Assembly: GCA_964016885.1 (NCBI GenBank)
Contig: OZ024741.1
Location: 245,954,001 to 246,018,000, forward strand
Direction of reading: 5' to 3'
Length of the DNA: 64,000 nucleotides
DNA from: Eledone cirrhosa
Taxonomy: Eukaryota
Shown piece by piece: positions 27,201-41,569 of this stretch. Position numbers and translations under genes: made by a program. How positions within the stretch are numbered: position 1 is the first letter of the stretch; each line of letters begins with the position of its first letter. The notes beneath the pieces are model-generated. The model worked only from the letters and a program-made list of their open reading frames with translations. It ran no database searches and was not told the DNA's origin.

Positions 27201-30200
27201 CTGATTTTTTTTTTTAAATTATCTCCCCTTGGACGGCTGGAAATTATCTCCCCTTGGACGGCTAGAAATTACCTCTCCTTGGACGGCTGAAAATTATCTC
27301 CCCTTGGACGGCTGGAAATTATCTCCCCTTGATTTTTTTACAAATTATCTCCCCCTGATTTTTTTTTTACAAATTATCTCCCCCTGATTTTTTTTTACAA
27401 ATTATCTACCCCTGATTTTTTTTTACAAATTATCTCCCCCTGATTTTTTTTTACAAATTATCTACCCCTGATTTTTTTTACAAATTATCTCCCCCTGATT
27501 TTTTTTACAAATTATCTCCCCCTGATTTTTTTTTTACAAATTATCTCCCCCTGATTTTTTTACAAATTATCTCCCCCTGATTTTTTTTACAAATTATCTC
27601 CGCCGGATTTTTTTAAATATTATCTTCCCTTGGCTTGCGGGAAATTATCTCCCCTTGGACGGCTGAAAATTATCTCCCCTTGGACGGCTGGAAATTATCT
27701 CCCCTTGCACGGCTGGAAATTATCTCCCCTTGGACGGCTAGAAATTATCTCTCTTTGGACGGCTGGAAATTATCTCCCTTTGATTTTTTTTACAAATTAT
27801 CTCCCTCTGATTTTTTTTACGAATCTCCCCCTGATTTTTTTAAAAAAATTATCTCCCCTTCGCTGGCTGGAAATTATCTCCCCTTGGACACTGGAAATTA
27901 TAGCCCCTTGGAGGGCTGGAAATTATCTTCCCTTGGACGGCTGGAAATTATCTCCCCCTGATTTTTTTTACAAATTATCTCCGCCTTATTTTTTTAAAAA
28001 GTTATCTCTCCTTGGACGGCTGGAAATTATCTCCCCTTGATTTTTTTTACAAATAATCTCCCCCTGATTTTTTTTTACAAATTATCTCCCCCTGATTTTT
28101 TTTTACAAATTATCTACCCCTGATTTTCTTTTACAAATTATCTCCCCCTGATTTTTGTTACAAATTATCTCCCCCTGATTTTTCTTTTACAAATTATCTC
28201 CCCCTGATTTTTTTTACAAATTATCTCCGCCTGATTTTTTTAAATATTATCTTCCCTTGGCTGGCGGGAAATTATCTCCCCTTGGATGGCTGGAAATTAT
28301 CTGCCCTTGATTTTCTTTTTACAAATTATCTTCCACTGATTTTTTTTACAAATTATCTCCACCTGATTTTTTTAAAAATTATCTCCCCTTGGAAGGCTGG
28401 AAATTATCTCCCCTTGGCTGGAAATTATCTCCCCTTGGACGGCTAGAAATTATCTCTCTTTGTACGGCTGGAAATTATCACCCCTTGAGTTTTTTACAAA
28501 TTATCTACCCCTGATTTTTTTTACAAATCTCCCAGTGTTTTTTAAAAAAAATTATCTCCCCTTCGCTGGCTGGAAATTATCTCCCCTTGGACGCTGGAAA
28601 TTATAGCCCCTTGGAGGGCTGGAAATTATCTTCCCTTGGACGGCTGGAAATTATCTCCCCTTGATTTTTTTTACAAATTATCTCCCCCTGATTTTTTTTT
28701 ACAAATTATCTCCCCCTGATTTTTTTTTACAACTTATCTGCGCCTGATTTTTTTAAAAAAATTATCTTCCCTTGGACGGCTGGAAATTATCTCCCCTTGG
28801 ACGGCTGGAAATTATCTCTCCTTGGACGGCTAGAATTTACCTCTCCTTGGACGGCTGAAAATTATCTCCCCTTGGACGGCTGGAAATTATCTCCCCTTGA
28901 TTTTTTTTACAAATTATCTCCCCCTGATTTTTTTTTACAAATTATCTGCCCCTGATTTTTTTTTACAAATTATCTCCCCCTGATTTTTTTTTTAAAATTA
29001 TCTCCCCCTGATTTTTTTTACAAATTATCTCCCCCTGATTTTTTTACAAATTATCTCCCCTTGGCTGGCTGGAAATTATCTCCCCTTGGAGGCTGGAACT
29101 TATGTCCCCTTGGACGGCTAGAAATGACCTCTCCTTGGACGGCTGGAAAATATGTCTCCTTGGACGGCTGGATATTATCTCCCCTTGGACGGCTGGAAAT
29201 TATCTCCCCTTGGACGGCTGGAAATTATCTCCCCTTGGATGGCTAGATATTACCTCCCCTTGGACGGCTGGAAATTATCTCCCCTTGATTTTTTTTACAA
29301 ATTATCTCCCCCTGATTTTTTTTTACAAATTTTCTCCCCCTGATTTTTGTTTACAAATTATCTCCGCCTGATTTTTTTTTAAAAATTATCTCCCCTTGGA
29401 CGGCTGGAAATTATCTCCCCTTGGACGGCTAGAAATTACCTCTCCTTGGACGGCTGAAAATTATCTCCCCTTGGACGGCTGGAAATTATCTCCCCTTGAT
29501 TTTTTTACAAATAATCTCCCCCTGATTTTTTTTTACAAATTATCTCCCCCTGATTTTTTTTTTACAAATTATCTCCCCCTGATTTTTTTTTACAAATTAT
29601 CTACCCCTGATTTTTTTTACAAATTATCTCCCCCTGATTTTTTTTACAAATTATCTCCCCCTGATTTTTTTTTACAAATTATCTCCCCCTGATTTTTTTA
29701 CAAATTATCTCCCCCTGATTTTTTTTACAAATTATCTCCGCCTGATTTTTTTAAATATTATCTTCCCTTGGCTGGCGGGAAATTATCTCCCCTTGGACGG
29801 CTGAAAATTATCTCCCCTTGGACGGCTGGAAATTATCTCCCCTTGATTCTTTTTACAAATTATCTCCCCCTGATTTTTTTTTACAAATTATCTCCCCCTG
29901 ATTTTTTTACAAATTATCTCCCCCTGATTTTTTTTTACAAATTATCTCCCCTTGATTTTTTTTACAAATTATTTCCCTCTGATTTTTTTGCAAATTATCT
30001 CCACCTGATTTTTTTTTTACAAATTATCTCCCCCTGATTTTTTTTTACAAATTATCTCCCCCTGATTTTTTTTTACAAATTATCTCCCCCTGATTTTTTT
30101 TACAAATTATCTCCCCCCTGATTTTTTTACAAATTATCTCCCCTTGGCTGGCTGGAAATTATCTCCCCTTGGAGGCTGGAACTTATCTCCCCTTGGACGG

Positions 30201-33200
30201 CTAGAAATTACCTCTCCTTGGACGGCTGGAAAATATGTCTCCTTGGACGGCTGGATATTATCTCCCCTTGGACGGCTGGAAATTATCTCCCCTTGGACGG
30301 CTGGAAATTATCTCCCATTGGATGGCTAGATATTACCTCCCCTTGGACGGCTGGAAATTATCTCCCCTTGATCTTTTTACAAATTATCTCCCCCTGATTT
30401 TTTTTTTACAAATTATCTCCCCCTGATTTTTTTTTACAAATTATCTACCCCTGATTTTTTTTTACAAATTATCTCCCCCTGATTTTTTTTACAAATTATC
30501 TCCCCCTGATTTTTTTTTTACAAATTATCTCCCCCTGATTTTTTTACAAATTATCTCCCACTGATTTTTTTTACAAATTATCTCCGCCTGATTTTTTTAA
30601 ATATTATCTCTCCTTGGCTGGCGGGAAATTATCTCCCCTTGGACGGCTGGAAATTATCTCCCCTTGGAAGGATGGAAATTATCTCCCCTTGGACGGCTGG
30701 AAATTATCTCTCCTTGGACGGCTAGAATTTACCTCTCCTTGGACGGCTGAAAATTATCTCCCCTTGAACGGCTGGAAATTATCTCCCCTTGATTTTTTTT
30801 ACAAATTATCTCCCCCTTTTTTTTTTTTACAAATTATCTCCCCCTGATTTTTTTTTACAAATTATCTCCCCCTGATTTTTTTTTACAAATTATCTCCCCC
30901 TGATTTTTTTTACAAATTATCTCCCCCCTGATTTTTTTACAAATTATCTCCCCTTGGCTGGTTGGAAATTATCTCCCCTTGGAGGCTGGAACTTATCTCC
31001 CCTTGGACGGCTAGAAATTACCTCTCCTTGGACGGCTGGAAAATATGTCTCCTTGGACGGCTGGATATTATCTTCCCTTGGACGGCTGGAAATTATCTCC
31101 CCTTGGACGGCTGGAAATTATCTCCCCTTGGATGGCTAGATATTACCTCCCCTTGGACGGCTGGAAATTATCTCCCCTTGATTTTTTTAACAAATTATCT
31201 CCCCCTGATTTTTTTTACAAATTATCTCCCCCTGATTTTTTTTAAAAAATTATCTCCCCCTGATTTTTGTTTACAAATTATCTCCGCCTGATTTTTTTTA
31301 ACAAATTATCTCCCCTTGGACGGCTGGAAATTATCTCCCCTTGGACGGCTGGAAATTATATCTCCTTGGACGGCTAGAATTTACCTCTCCTTGGACGGCT
31401 GAAAATTATCTCCCCTTGGACGGCTGGAAATTATCTCCCCTTGATTTTTTTTACAAATTATCTCCCCCTGATTTTTTTTTACAAATTATCTCCCCCTGAT
31501 TTTTTTTTACAAATTATCTCCCCCTGATTTTTTTTTACAAATTATCTCCCCCTGATTTTTTTACAAATTATCTCCCCTTGGCTGGCTGGAAATTATCTCC
31601 CCTTGGAGGCTGGAACTTATCTCCACTTGGACGGCTAGAAATTACCTCTCCTTGGACGGCTGGAAAATATGTCTCCTTGGACGGCTGGATATTATCTCCC
31701 CTTGGACGGCTGGAAATTATCTCCCCTTGGACGGCTGGAAATTATCTCCCCTTGGATGGCTAGATATTACCTCCCCTTGGACGGCTGGAAATTATCTCCC
31801 CTTGATTTTTTTTACAAATTATCTCCCCCTGATTTTTTTTTACAAATTATCTCCCCCTGATTTTTTTTTACAAATTATCTCCCCCTGATTTTTGTTTACA
31901 AATTATCTCCGCCTGATTTTTTTTTTTAAATTATCTCCCCTTGGACGGCTGGAAATTATCTCCCCTTGGACGGCTAGAAATTACCTCTCCTTGGACGGCT
32001 GAAAATTATCTCCCCTTGGACGGCTGGAAATTATCTCCCCTTGATTTTTTTACAAATTATCTCCCCCTGATTTTTTTTTTACAAATTATCTCCCCCTGAT
32101 TTTTTTTTACAAATTATCTACCCCTGATTTTTTTTTACAAATTATCTCCCCCTGATTTTTTTTTACAAATTATCTACCCCTGATTTTTTTTACAAATTAT
32201 CTCCCCCTGATTTTTTTTACAAATTATCTCCCCCTGATTTTTTTTTTACAAATTATCTCCCCCTGATTTTTTTACAAATTATCTCCCCCTGATTTTTTTT
32301 ACAAATTATCTCCGCCGGATTTTTTTAAATATTATCTTCCCTTGGCTTGCGGGAAATTATCTCCCCTTGGACGGCTGAAAATTATCTCCCCTTGGACGGC
32401 TGGAAATTATCTCCCCTTGATTTTTTTTACAAATTATCTCCCCCTGATTTTTTTTTACAAATTATCTCCCCCTGATTTTTTTTACAAATTATCTCCCCCT
32501 GATTTTTTTTACAAATTATCTCCCCCTGATTTTTTTTACAAATTATCTCCCCCTGATTTTTTTTTACAAATTATCTCCCCCTGATTTTTTTACAAATTAT
32601 CTCCCCCTGATTTTTTTTACAAATTATCTCCGCCTGATTTTTTAAAATATTATCTTCCCTTGGCTGGCGGGAAATTATCTCCCCTGGACGGCTGGAAATT
32701 ATCTGCCCTTGATTTTCTTTTTACAAATTAACTTCCACTGATTTTTTTTACAAATTATCTCCACCTGATTTTTTTAAAAATTATCTCCCCTTGGAAGGCT
32801 GGAAATTATCTCCCCTTGGCTGGAAATTATCTCCCCTTGGACGGCTAGAAATTATCTCTCTTTGGACGGCTGGAAATTATCACCCCTTGAGTTTTTTACA
32901 AATTATCTCCCCCTGATTTTTTTTACAAATCTCCCAGTGATTTTTAAAAAAAAATTATCTTCCCTTCGCTGGCTGGAAATTATCTCCCCTTGGACGCTGG
33001 AAATTATAGCCCCTTGGAGGGCTGGAAATTATCTTCCCTTGGACGGCTGGAAATTACCTCCCCTTGATTTTTTTTACAAATTATCTCCCCCTGATTTTTT
33101 TTTACAAATTATCTCCCCCTGATTTTTTTTTACAACTTATCTGCGCCTGATTTTTTTAAAAAAATTATCTCCCCTTGGACGGCTGGAAATTATCTCCCTT

Positions 33201-36200
33201 TGGACGGCTGGAAATTATCTCTCCTTGGACGGCTAGAATTTACCTCTCCTTGGACGGCTGAAAATTATCTCCCCTTGGACGGCTGGAAATTATCTCCCCT
33301 TGATTTTTTTTACAAATTATCTCCCCCTGATTTTTTTTTACAAATTATCTCCCCCTGATTTTTTTACAAATTATCTCCCACTGATTTTTTTTACAAATTA
33401 TCTCCGCCTGATTTTTTTAAATATTATCTCTCCTTGGCTGGCGGGAAATTATCTCCCCTTGGACGGCTGGAAATTATCTCCCCTTGGAAGGATGGAAATT
33501 ATCTCCCCTTGGACGGCTGGAAATTATCTACCCCTGATTTTTTTTACAAATTATCTCCCCCTGATTTTTTTTACAAATTATCTCCCCCTGATTTTTTTTA
33601 CAAATTATCTACCCCTGATTTTTTTTACAAATTATCTCCCCCTGATTTTTTTTTACAAATTATCTCCCCCTGATTTTTTTTACAAATTATCTACCCCTGA
33701 TTTTTTTACAAATTATCTCCCCCTGATTTTTTTTACAATCTCCGCCTGATTTTTTTAAAAATTGTCTTCCCTTGGCTGGCTGGAAATTATCTCCCCTTGG
33801 ACACTGGAAATTATCTCCCCTTGGACACTGGAAATTATAGCCCCTTGGAGGGCTGGAAATTATCTTCCCTTGGACGGCTGGAAATTATCTCCCCTTGATT
33901 TTTTTTACAAATTATCTCCGCCTGATTTTTTTTTACAAATTATCTCCCCCTGATTTTTTTTTACAAATTATCTACCCCTGATTTTTTTTTACAAATTATC
34001 TCCCCCTGATTTTTTTTACAAATTATCTCCCCCTGATTTTTCTTTTACAAATTATCTCCCCCTGATTTTTTTACAAATTATCTCCCCCTGATTTTTTTTA
34101 CAAATTATCTCCGCCTGATTTTTTTAAATATTATCTTCCCTTGGCTGGCGGGAAATTATCTCCCCTTGGACGGCTGGAAATTATCTGCCCTTGATTTTCT
34201 TTTTACAAATTATCTTCCACTGATTTTTTTTACAAATTATCTCCACCTGATTTTTTAAAAAATTATCTCCCCTTGGAAGGCTGGAAATTATCTCCCCTTG
34301 GACGGCTGGAAATTATCTCCCCTTGGACGGCTAGAAATTATCTCTCCTTGGACGGCTGAAAATTATCTCCCCTTGGACGGCTGCAAATTATCTCCCCTTG
34401 ATTTTTTTTACAAATTATCTCCCCCTGATTTTTTTTACAAATTATCTCCCCCTGATTTTTTTACAAATTATCTACCCCTGATTTTTTTTACAAATTATCT
34501 CCCCCTGATTTTTTTTTACAAATTATCTCCCCCTGATTTTTTTTTACAAATTATCTCCCCCTGATTTTTTTTTTACAAATTATCTCCCCCTGATTTTTTT
34601 ACAAATTATCTCCCCCTGATTTTTTTTACAATCTCCGCCTGATTTTTTTAAAAATTATCTTCCCTTGGCTGGCGGGAAATTATCTCCCCTTGGACGGCTG
34701 GAAATTATCTCCCCTTGGAAGGATGGAAATTATCTCCCCTTGGACGGCTGGAAATTATCTCCCCTTGCACGGCTGGAAATTATCTCCCCTTGGCTGGAAA
34801 TTATCTCCCCTTGGACGGCTAGAAATTATCTCTCTTTGGACGGCTGGAAATTATCTCCCTTTGATTTTTTTTACAAATTATCTCCCTCTGATTTTTTTTA
34901 CAAATCTCCCCCTGATTTTTTTAAAAAAATTATCTCCCCTTCGCTGGCTGGAAATTATCTTCCCTTGGACGGCTGGAAATTATCTCCCCTTGATTTTTTT
35001 TACAAATTATCTCCGCCTGATTTTTTTTTTAAATTATCTCTCCTTGGACGGCTGGAAATTATCTCCCCTTGATTTTTTTTACAAATAATCTCCCCCTGAT
35101 TTTTTTTTATAAATTATCTCCCCCTGATTTTTTTTTACAAATTATCTACCCCTGATTTTTTTTTACAAATTATCTCCCCCTGATTTTTTTTACAAATTAT
35201 CTCCCCCTGATTTTTCCTTTACAAATTATCTCCCCCTGATTTTTTTACAAATTATCTCCCCCTGATTTTTTTTACAAATTGTCTCCGCCTGATTTTTTTA
35301 AATATTATCTTCCCTTGGCTGGCGGGAAATTACCTCCCCTTGGACGGCTGGAAATTATCTGCCCTTGATTTTCTTTTTACAAATTATCTTCCACTGATTT
35401 TTTTTACAAATTATCTCCACCTGATTTTTTAAAAAATTATCTCCCCTTGGAAGGCTGGAAATTATCTCCCCTTGGACGGCTAGAAATTATCTCTCTTTGG
35501 ACGGCTGGAAATTATCACCCCTTGAGTTTTTTACAAATTATCTCCCCCTGATTTTTTTTACAAATCTCCCAGTGATTTTTTAAAAAAAATTATCTCCCCT
35601 TCGCTGGCTGGAAATTATCTCCCCTTGGACGCTGGAAATTATAGCCCCTTGGAGGGCTGGAAATTATCTTCCCTTGGACGGCTGGAAATTATCTCCCCTT
35701 GATTTTTTTTACAAATTATCTCCCCCTGATTTTTTTTTACAAATTATCTCCCCCTGATGTTTTTTTACAACTTATCTGCGCCTGATTTTTTTAAAAAAAT
35801 TATCTCCCCTTGGACGGCTGGAAATTATCTCCCCTTGGACGGCTGGAAATTATCTCTCCTTGGACGGCTAGAATTTACCTCTCCTTGGACGGCTGAAAAT
35901 TATCTCCCCTTGAACGGCTGGAAATTATCTCCCCTTGATTTTTTTTACAAATTATCTCCCCCTTTTTTTTTTTTACAAATTATCTCCCCCTGATTTTTTT
36001 TTACAAATTATCTCCCCCTGATTTTTTTTTACAAATTATCTCCCCCTGATTTTTTTTACAAATTATCTCCCCCCTGATTTTTTTACAAATTATCTCCCCT
36101 TGGCTGGTTGGAAATTATCTCCCCTTGGAGGCTGGAACTTATCTCCCCTTGGACGGCTAGAAATTACCTCTCCTTGGACGGCTGGAAAATATGTCTCCTT

Positions 36201-36978
36201 GGACGGCTGGATATTATCTCCCCTTGGACGGCTGGAAATTATCTCCCCTTGGACGGCTGGAAATTATCTCCCCTTGGATGGCTAGATATTACCTCCCCTT
36301 GGACGGCTGGAAATTATCTCCCCTTGATTTTTTTAACAAATTATCTCGCCCTGATTTTTTTTACAAATTATCTCCCCCTGATTTTTTTAAAAAAATTATC
36401 TCCCCCTGATTTTTGTTTACAAATTATCTCCGCCTGATTTTTTTTAACAAATTATCTCCCCTTGGACGGCTGGAAATTATCTCCCCTTGGACGGCTGGAA
36501 ATTATATCTCCTTGGACGGCTAGAATTTACCTCTCCTTGGACGGCTGAAAATTATCTCCCCTTGGACGGCTGGAAATTATCTCCCCTTGATTTTTTTTAC
36601 AAATTATCTCCCCCTGATTTTTTTTTACAAATTATCTCCCCCTGATTTTTTTTTACAAATTATCTCCCCCTGATTTTTTTTTACAAATTATCTCCCCCTG
36701 ATTTTTTTACAAATTATCTCCCCTTGGCTGGCTGGAAATTATCTCCCCTTGGAGGCTGGAACTTATCTCCACTTGGACGGCTAGAAATTACCTCTCCTTG
36801 GACGGCTGGAAAATATGTCTCCTTGGACGGCTGGATATTATCTCCCCTTGGACGGCTGGAAATTATCTCCCCTTGGACGGCTGGAAATTATCTCCCCTTG
36901 GATGGCTAGATATTACCTCCCCTTGGACGGCTGGAAATTATCTCCCCTTGATTTTTTTTACAAATTATCTCCCCCTGA
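18264..36978. repeat. Recent 18.7-kb tandem duplication, left copy
   Basis: Constant offset of 18,715 to the right copy (18750/37465, 19717/38432, 22115/40830, 23223/41938), then 18,743 after a single 28-bp monomer indel (24636/43379 through 36724/55467). Confidence 0.88.
19690..21860. repeat. 1,085-bp direct tandem duplication (second occurrence at ~38400-40570)
   Basis: 19717/20802, 20481/21566, 38432/39517 and 39196/40281 all differ by 1,085. There is a single copy at 55467-56420. Boundaries fall in B runs and are approximate. Confidence 0.87.
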
Positions 36979-39900
36979 TTTACAAATTGTCTCCGCCTGA
37001 TTTTTTTAAATATTATCTTCCCTTGGCTGGCGGGAAATTACCTCCCCTTGGACGGCTGGAAATTATCTGCCCTTGATTTTCTTTTTACAAATTATCTTCC
37101 ACTGATTTTTTTTACAAATTATCTCCACCTGATTTTTTAAAAAATTATCTCCCCTTGGAAGGCTGGAAATTATCTCCCCTTGGACGGCTAGAAATTATCT
37201 CTCTTTGGACGGCTGGAAATTATCACCCCTTGAGTTTTTTACAAATTATCTCCCCCTGATTTTTTTTACAAATCTCCCAGTGATTTTTTAAAAAAAATTA
37301 TCTCCCCTTCGCTGGCTGGAAATTATCTCCCCTTGGACGCTGGAAATTATAGCCCCTTGGAGGGCTGGAAATTATCTTCCCTTGGACGGCTGGAAATTAT
37401 CTCCCCTTGATTTTTTTTACAAATTATCTCCCCCTGATTTTTTTTTACAAATTATCTCCCCCTGATGTTTTTTTACAACTTATCTGCGCCTGATTTTTTT
37501 AAAAAAATTATCTCCCCTTGGACGGCTGGAAATTATCTCCCCTTGGACGGCTGGAAATTATCTCTCCTTGGACGGCTAGAATTTACCTCTCCTTGGACGG
37601 CTGAAAATTATCTCCCCTTGAACGGCTGGAAATTATCTCCCCTTGATTTTTTTTACAAATTATCTCCCCCTTTTTTTTTTTTACAAATTATCTCCCCCTG
37701 ATTTTTTTTTACAAATTATCTCCCCCTGATTTTTTTTTACAAATTATCTCCCCCTGATTTTTTTTACAAATTATCTCCCCCCTGATTTTTTTACAAATTA
37801 TCTCCCCTTGGCTGGTTGGAAATTATCTCCCCTTGGAGGCTGGAACTTATCTCCCCTTGGACGGCTAGAAATTACCTCTCCTTGGACGGCTGGAAAATAT
37901 GTCTCCTTGGACGGCTGGATATTATCTCCCCTTGGACGGCTGGAAATTATCTCCCCTTGGACGGCTGGAAATTATCTCCCCTTGGATGGCTAGATATTAC
38001 CTCCCCTTGGACGGCTGGAAATTATCTCCCCTTGATTTTTTTAACAAATTATCTCGCCCTGATTTTTTTTACAAATTATCTCCCCCTGATTTTTTTAAAA
38101 AAATTATCTCCCCCTGATTTTTGTTTACAAATTATCTCCGCCTGATTTTTTTTAACAAATTATCTCCCCTTGGACGGCTGGAAATTATCTCCCCTTGGAC
38201 GGCTGGAAATTATATCTCCTTGGACGGCTAGAATTTACCTCTCCTTGGACGGCTGAAAATTATCTCCCCTTGGACGGCTGGAAATTATCTCCCCTTGATT
38301 TTTTTTACAAATTATCTCCCCCTGATTTTTTTTTACAAATTATCTCCCCCTGATTTTTTTTTACAAATTATCTCCCCCTGATTTTTTTTTACAAATTATC
38401 TCCCCCTGATTTTTTTACAAATTATCTCCCCTTGGCTGGCTGGAAATTATCTCCCCTTGGAGGCTGGAACTTATCTCCACTTGGACGGCTAGAAATTACC
38501 TCTCCTTGGACGGCTGGAAAATATGTCTCCTTGGACGGCTGGATATTATCTCCCCTTGGACGGCTGGAAATTATCTCCCCTTGGACGGCTGGAAATTATC
38601 TCCCCTTGGATGGCTAGATATTACCTCCCCTTGGACGGCTGGAAATTATCTCCCCTTGATTTTTTTTACAAATTATCTCCCCCTGATTTTTTTTTACAAA
38701 TTATCTCCCCCTGATTTTTTTTTACAAATTATCTCCCCCTGATTTTTGTTTACAAATTATCTCCGCCTGATTTTTTTTTTAAAATTATCTCCCCTTGGAC
38801 GGCTGGAAATTATCTCCCCTTGGACGGCTAGAAATTACCTCTCCTTGGACGGCTGAAAATTATCTCCCCTTGGACGGCTGGAAATTATCTCCCCTTGATT
38901 TTTTTACAAATTATCTCCCCTTGATTTTTTTTTTACAAATTATCTCCCCCTGATTTTTTTTTACAAATTATCTACCCCTGATTTTTTTTTACAAATTATC
39001 TCCCCCTGATTTTTTTTTACAAATTATCTACCCCTGATTTTTTTTACAAATTATCTCCCCCTGATTTTTTTTACAAATTATCTCCCCCTGATTTTTTTTT
39101 TACAAATTATCTCCCCCTGATTTTTTTACAAATTATCTCCCCCTGATTTTTTTTACAAATTATCTCCGCCGGATTTTTTTAAATATTATCTTCCCTTGGC
39201 TTGCGGGAAATTATCTCCCCTTGGACGGCTGAAAATTATCTCCCCTTGGACGGCTGGAAATTATCTCCCCTTGATTTTTTTTACAAATTATCTCCCCCTG
39301 ATTTTTTTTTACAAATTATCTCCCCCTGATTTTTTTTACAAATTATCTCCCCCTGATTTTTTTTTACAAATTATCTCCCCCTGATTTTTTTTACAAATTA
39401 TCTCCCCCTGATTTTTTTTACAAATTATCTCCCCCTGATTTTTTTTTACAAATTATCTCCCCCTGATTTTTTTTTACAAATTATCTCCCCCTGATTTTTT
39501 TACAAATTATCTCCCCTTGGCTGGCTGGAAATTATCTCCCCTTGGAGGCTGGAACTTATCTCCACTTGGACGGCTAGAAATTACCTCTCCTTGGACGGCT
39601 GGAAAATATGTCTCCTTGGACGGCTGGATATTATCTCCCCTTGGACGGCTGGAAATTATCTCCCCTTGGACGGCTGGAAATTATCTCCCCTTGGATGGCT
39701 AGATATTACCTCCCCTTGGACGGCTGGAAATTATCTCCCCTTGATTTTTTTTACAAATTATCTCCCCCTGATTTTTTTTTACAAATTATCTCCCCCTGAT
39801 TTTTTTTTACAAATTATCTCCCCCTGATTTTTGTTTACAAATTATCTCCGCCTGATTTTTTTTTTAAAATTATCTCCCCTTGGACGGCTGGAAATTATCT

Positions 39901-41569
39901 CCCCTTGGACGGCTAGAAATTACCTCTCCTTGGACGGCTGAAAATTATCTCCCCTTGGACGGCTGGAAATTATCTCCCCTTGATTTTTTTACAAATTATC
40001 TCCCCTTGATTTTTTTTTTACAAATTATCTCCCCCTGATTTTTTTTTACAAATTATCTACCCCTGATTTTTTTTTACAAATTATCTCCCCCTGATTTTTT
40101 TTTACAAATTATCTACCCCTGATTTTTTTTACAAATTATCTCCCCCTGATTTTTTTTACAAATTATCTCCCCCTGATTTTTTTTTTACAAATTATCTCCC
40201 CCTGATTTTTTTACAAATTATCTCCCCCTGATTTTTTTTACAAATTATCTCCGCCGGATTTTTTTAAATATTATCTTCCCTTGGCTTGCGGGAAATTATC
40301 TCCCCTTGGACGGCTGAAAATTATCTCCCCTTGGACGGCTGGAAATTATCTCCCCTTGATTTTTTTTACAAATTATCTCCCCCTGATTTTTTTTTACAAA
40401 TTATCTCCCCCTGATTTTTTTTACAAATTATCTCCCCCTGATTTTTTTTTACAAATTATCTCCCCCTGATTTTTTTTACAAATTATCTCCCCCTGATTTT
40501 TTTTACAAATTATCTCCCCCTGATTTTTTTTTACAAATTATCTCCCCCTGATTTTTTTACAAATTATCTCCCCCTGATTTTTTTTACAAATTATCTCCGC
40601 CTGATTTTTTAAAATATTATCTTCCCTTGGCTGGCGGGAAATTATCTCCCCTTGGACGGCTGGAAATTATCTGCCCTTGATTTTCTTTTTACAAATTAAC
40701 TTCCACTGATTTTTTTTACAAATTATCTCCACCTGATTTTTTTAAAAATTATCTCCCCTTGGAAGGCTGGAAATTATCTCCCCTTGGCTGGAAATTATCG
40801 CCCCTTGGACGGCTAGAAATTATCTCTCTTTGGACGGCTGGAAATTATCACCCCTTGAGTTTTTTACAAATTATCTCCCCCTGATTTTTTTTACAAATCT
40901 CCCAGTGATTTTTAAAAAAAAATTATCTTCCCTTCGCTGGCTGGAAATTATCTCCCCTTGGACGCTGGAAATTATAGCCCCTTGGAGGGCTGGAAATTAT
41001 CTTCCCTTGGACGGCTGGAAATTATCTCCCCTTGATTTTTTTTACAAATTATCTCCCCCTGATTTTTTTTTACAAATTATCCCCCCCTGATTTTTTTTTA
41101 CAACTTATCTGCGCCTGATTTTTTTAAAAAAATTATCTCCCCTTGGACGGCTGGAAATTATCTCCCCTTGGACGGCTGGAAATTATCTCTCCTTGGACGG
41201 CTAGAATTTACCTCTCCTTGGACGGCTAAAAATTATCTCCCCTTGGACGGCTGGAAATTATCTCCCCTTGATTTTTTTTACAAATTATCTCCCCCTGATT
41301 TTTTTTTACAAATTATCTCCCCCTGATTTTTTTTACAAATTATCTCCCCCTGATTTTTTTTTACAAATTATCTCCCCCTGATTTTTTTTTACAAATTATC
41401 TCCCCCTGATTTTTTTTTACAAATTATCTCCCCCTGATTTTTTTTTACAAATTATCTCCCCCTGATTTTTTTTTACAAATTATCTCCCCCTGATTTTTTT
41501 TTACAAATTATCTCCGCCTGATTTTTTTTAAAAATTACCTCCCCTTGGACGGCTGGAAATTATCTCCCC
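22855..41569. repeat. HOR period 2 (18,715 bp)
   Basis: Landmark offset 22855->41570. 15894+1708+1085+56-28=18715. Confidence 0.9.
35271..38686. repeat. Apparent 1,708-bp tandem repeat flanking the 36978/36979 junction
   Basis: 35757/37465, 36100/37808 and 36724/38432 all differ by 1,708; 35271-36978 matches 36979-38686. Confidence 0.88.

Noticed and set aside
35271-38686. Independent local 1,708-bp duplication event
   Set aside because: More parsimoniously a by-product of the 18.7-kb duplication (18264-36978) being out of register with the underlying HOR. It cannot be fully excluded without a variant-level alignment.
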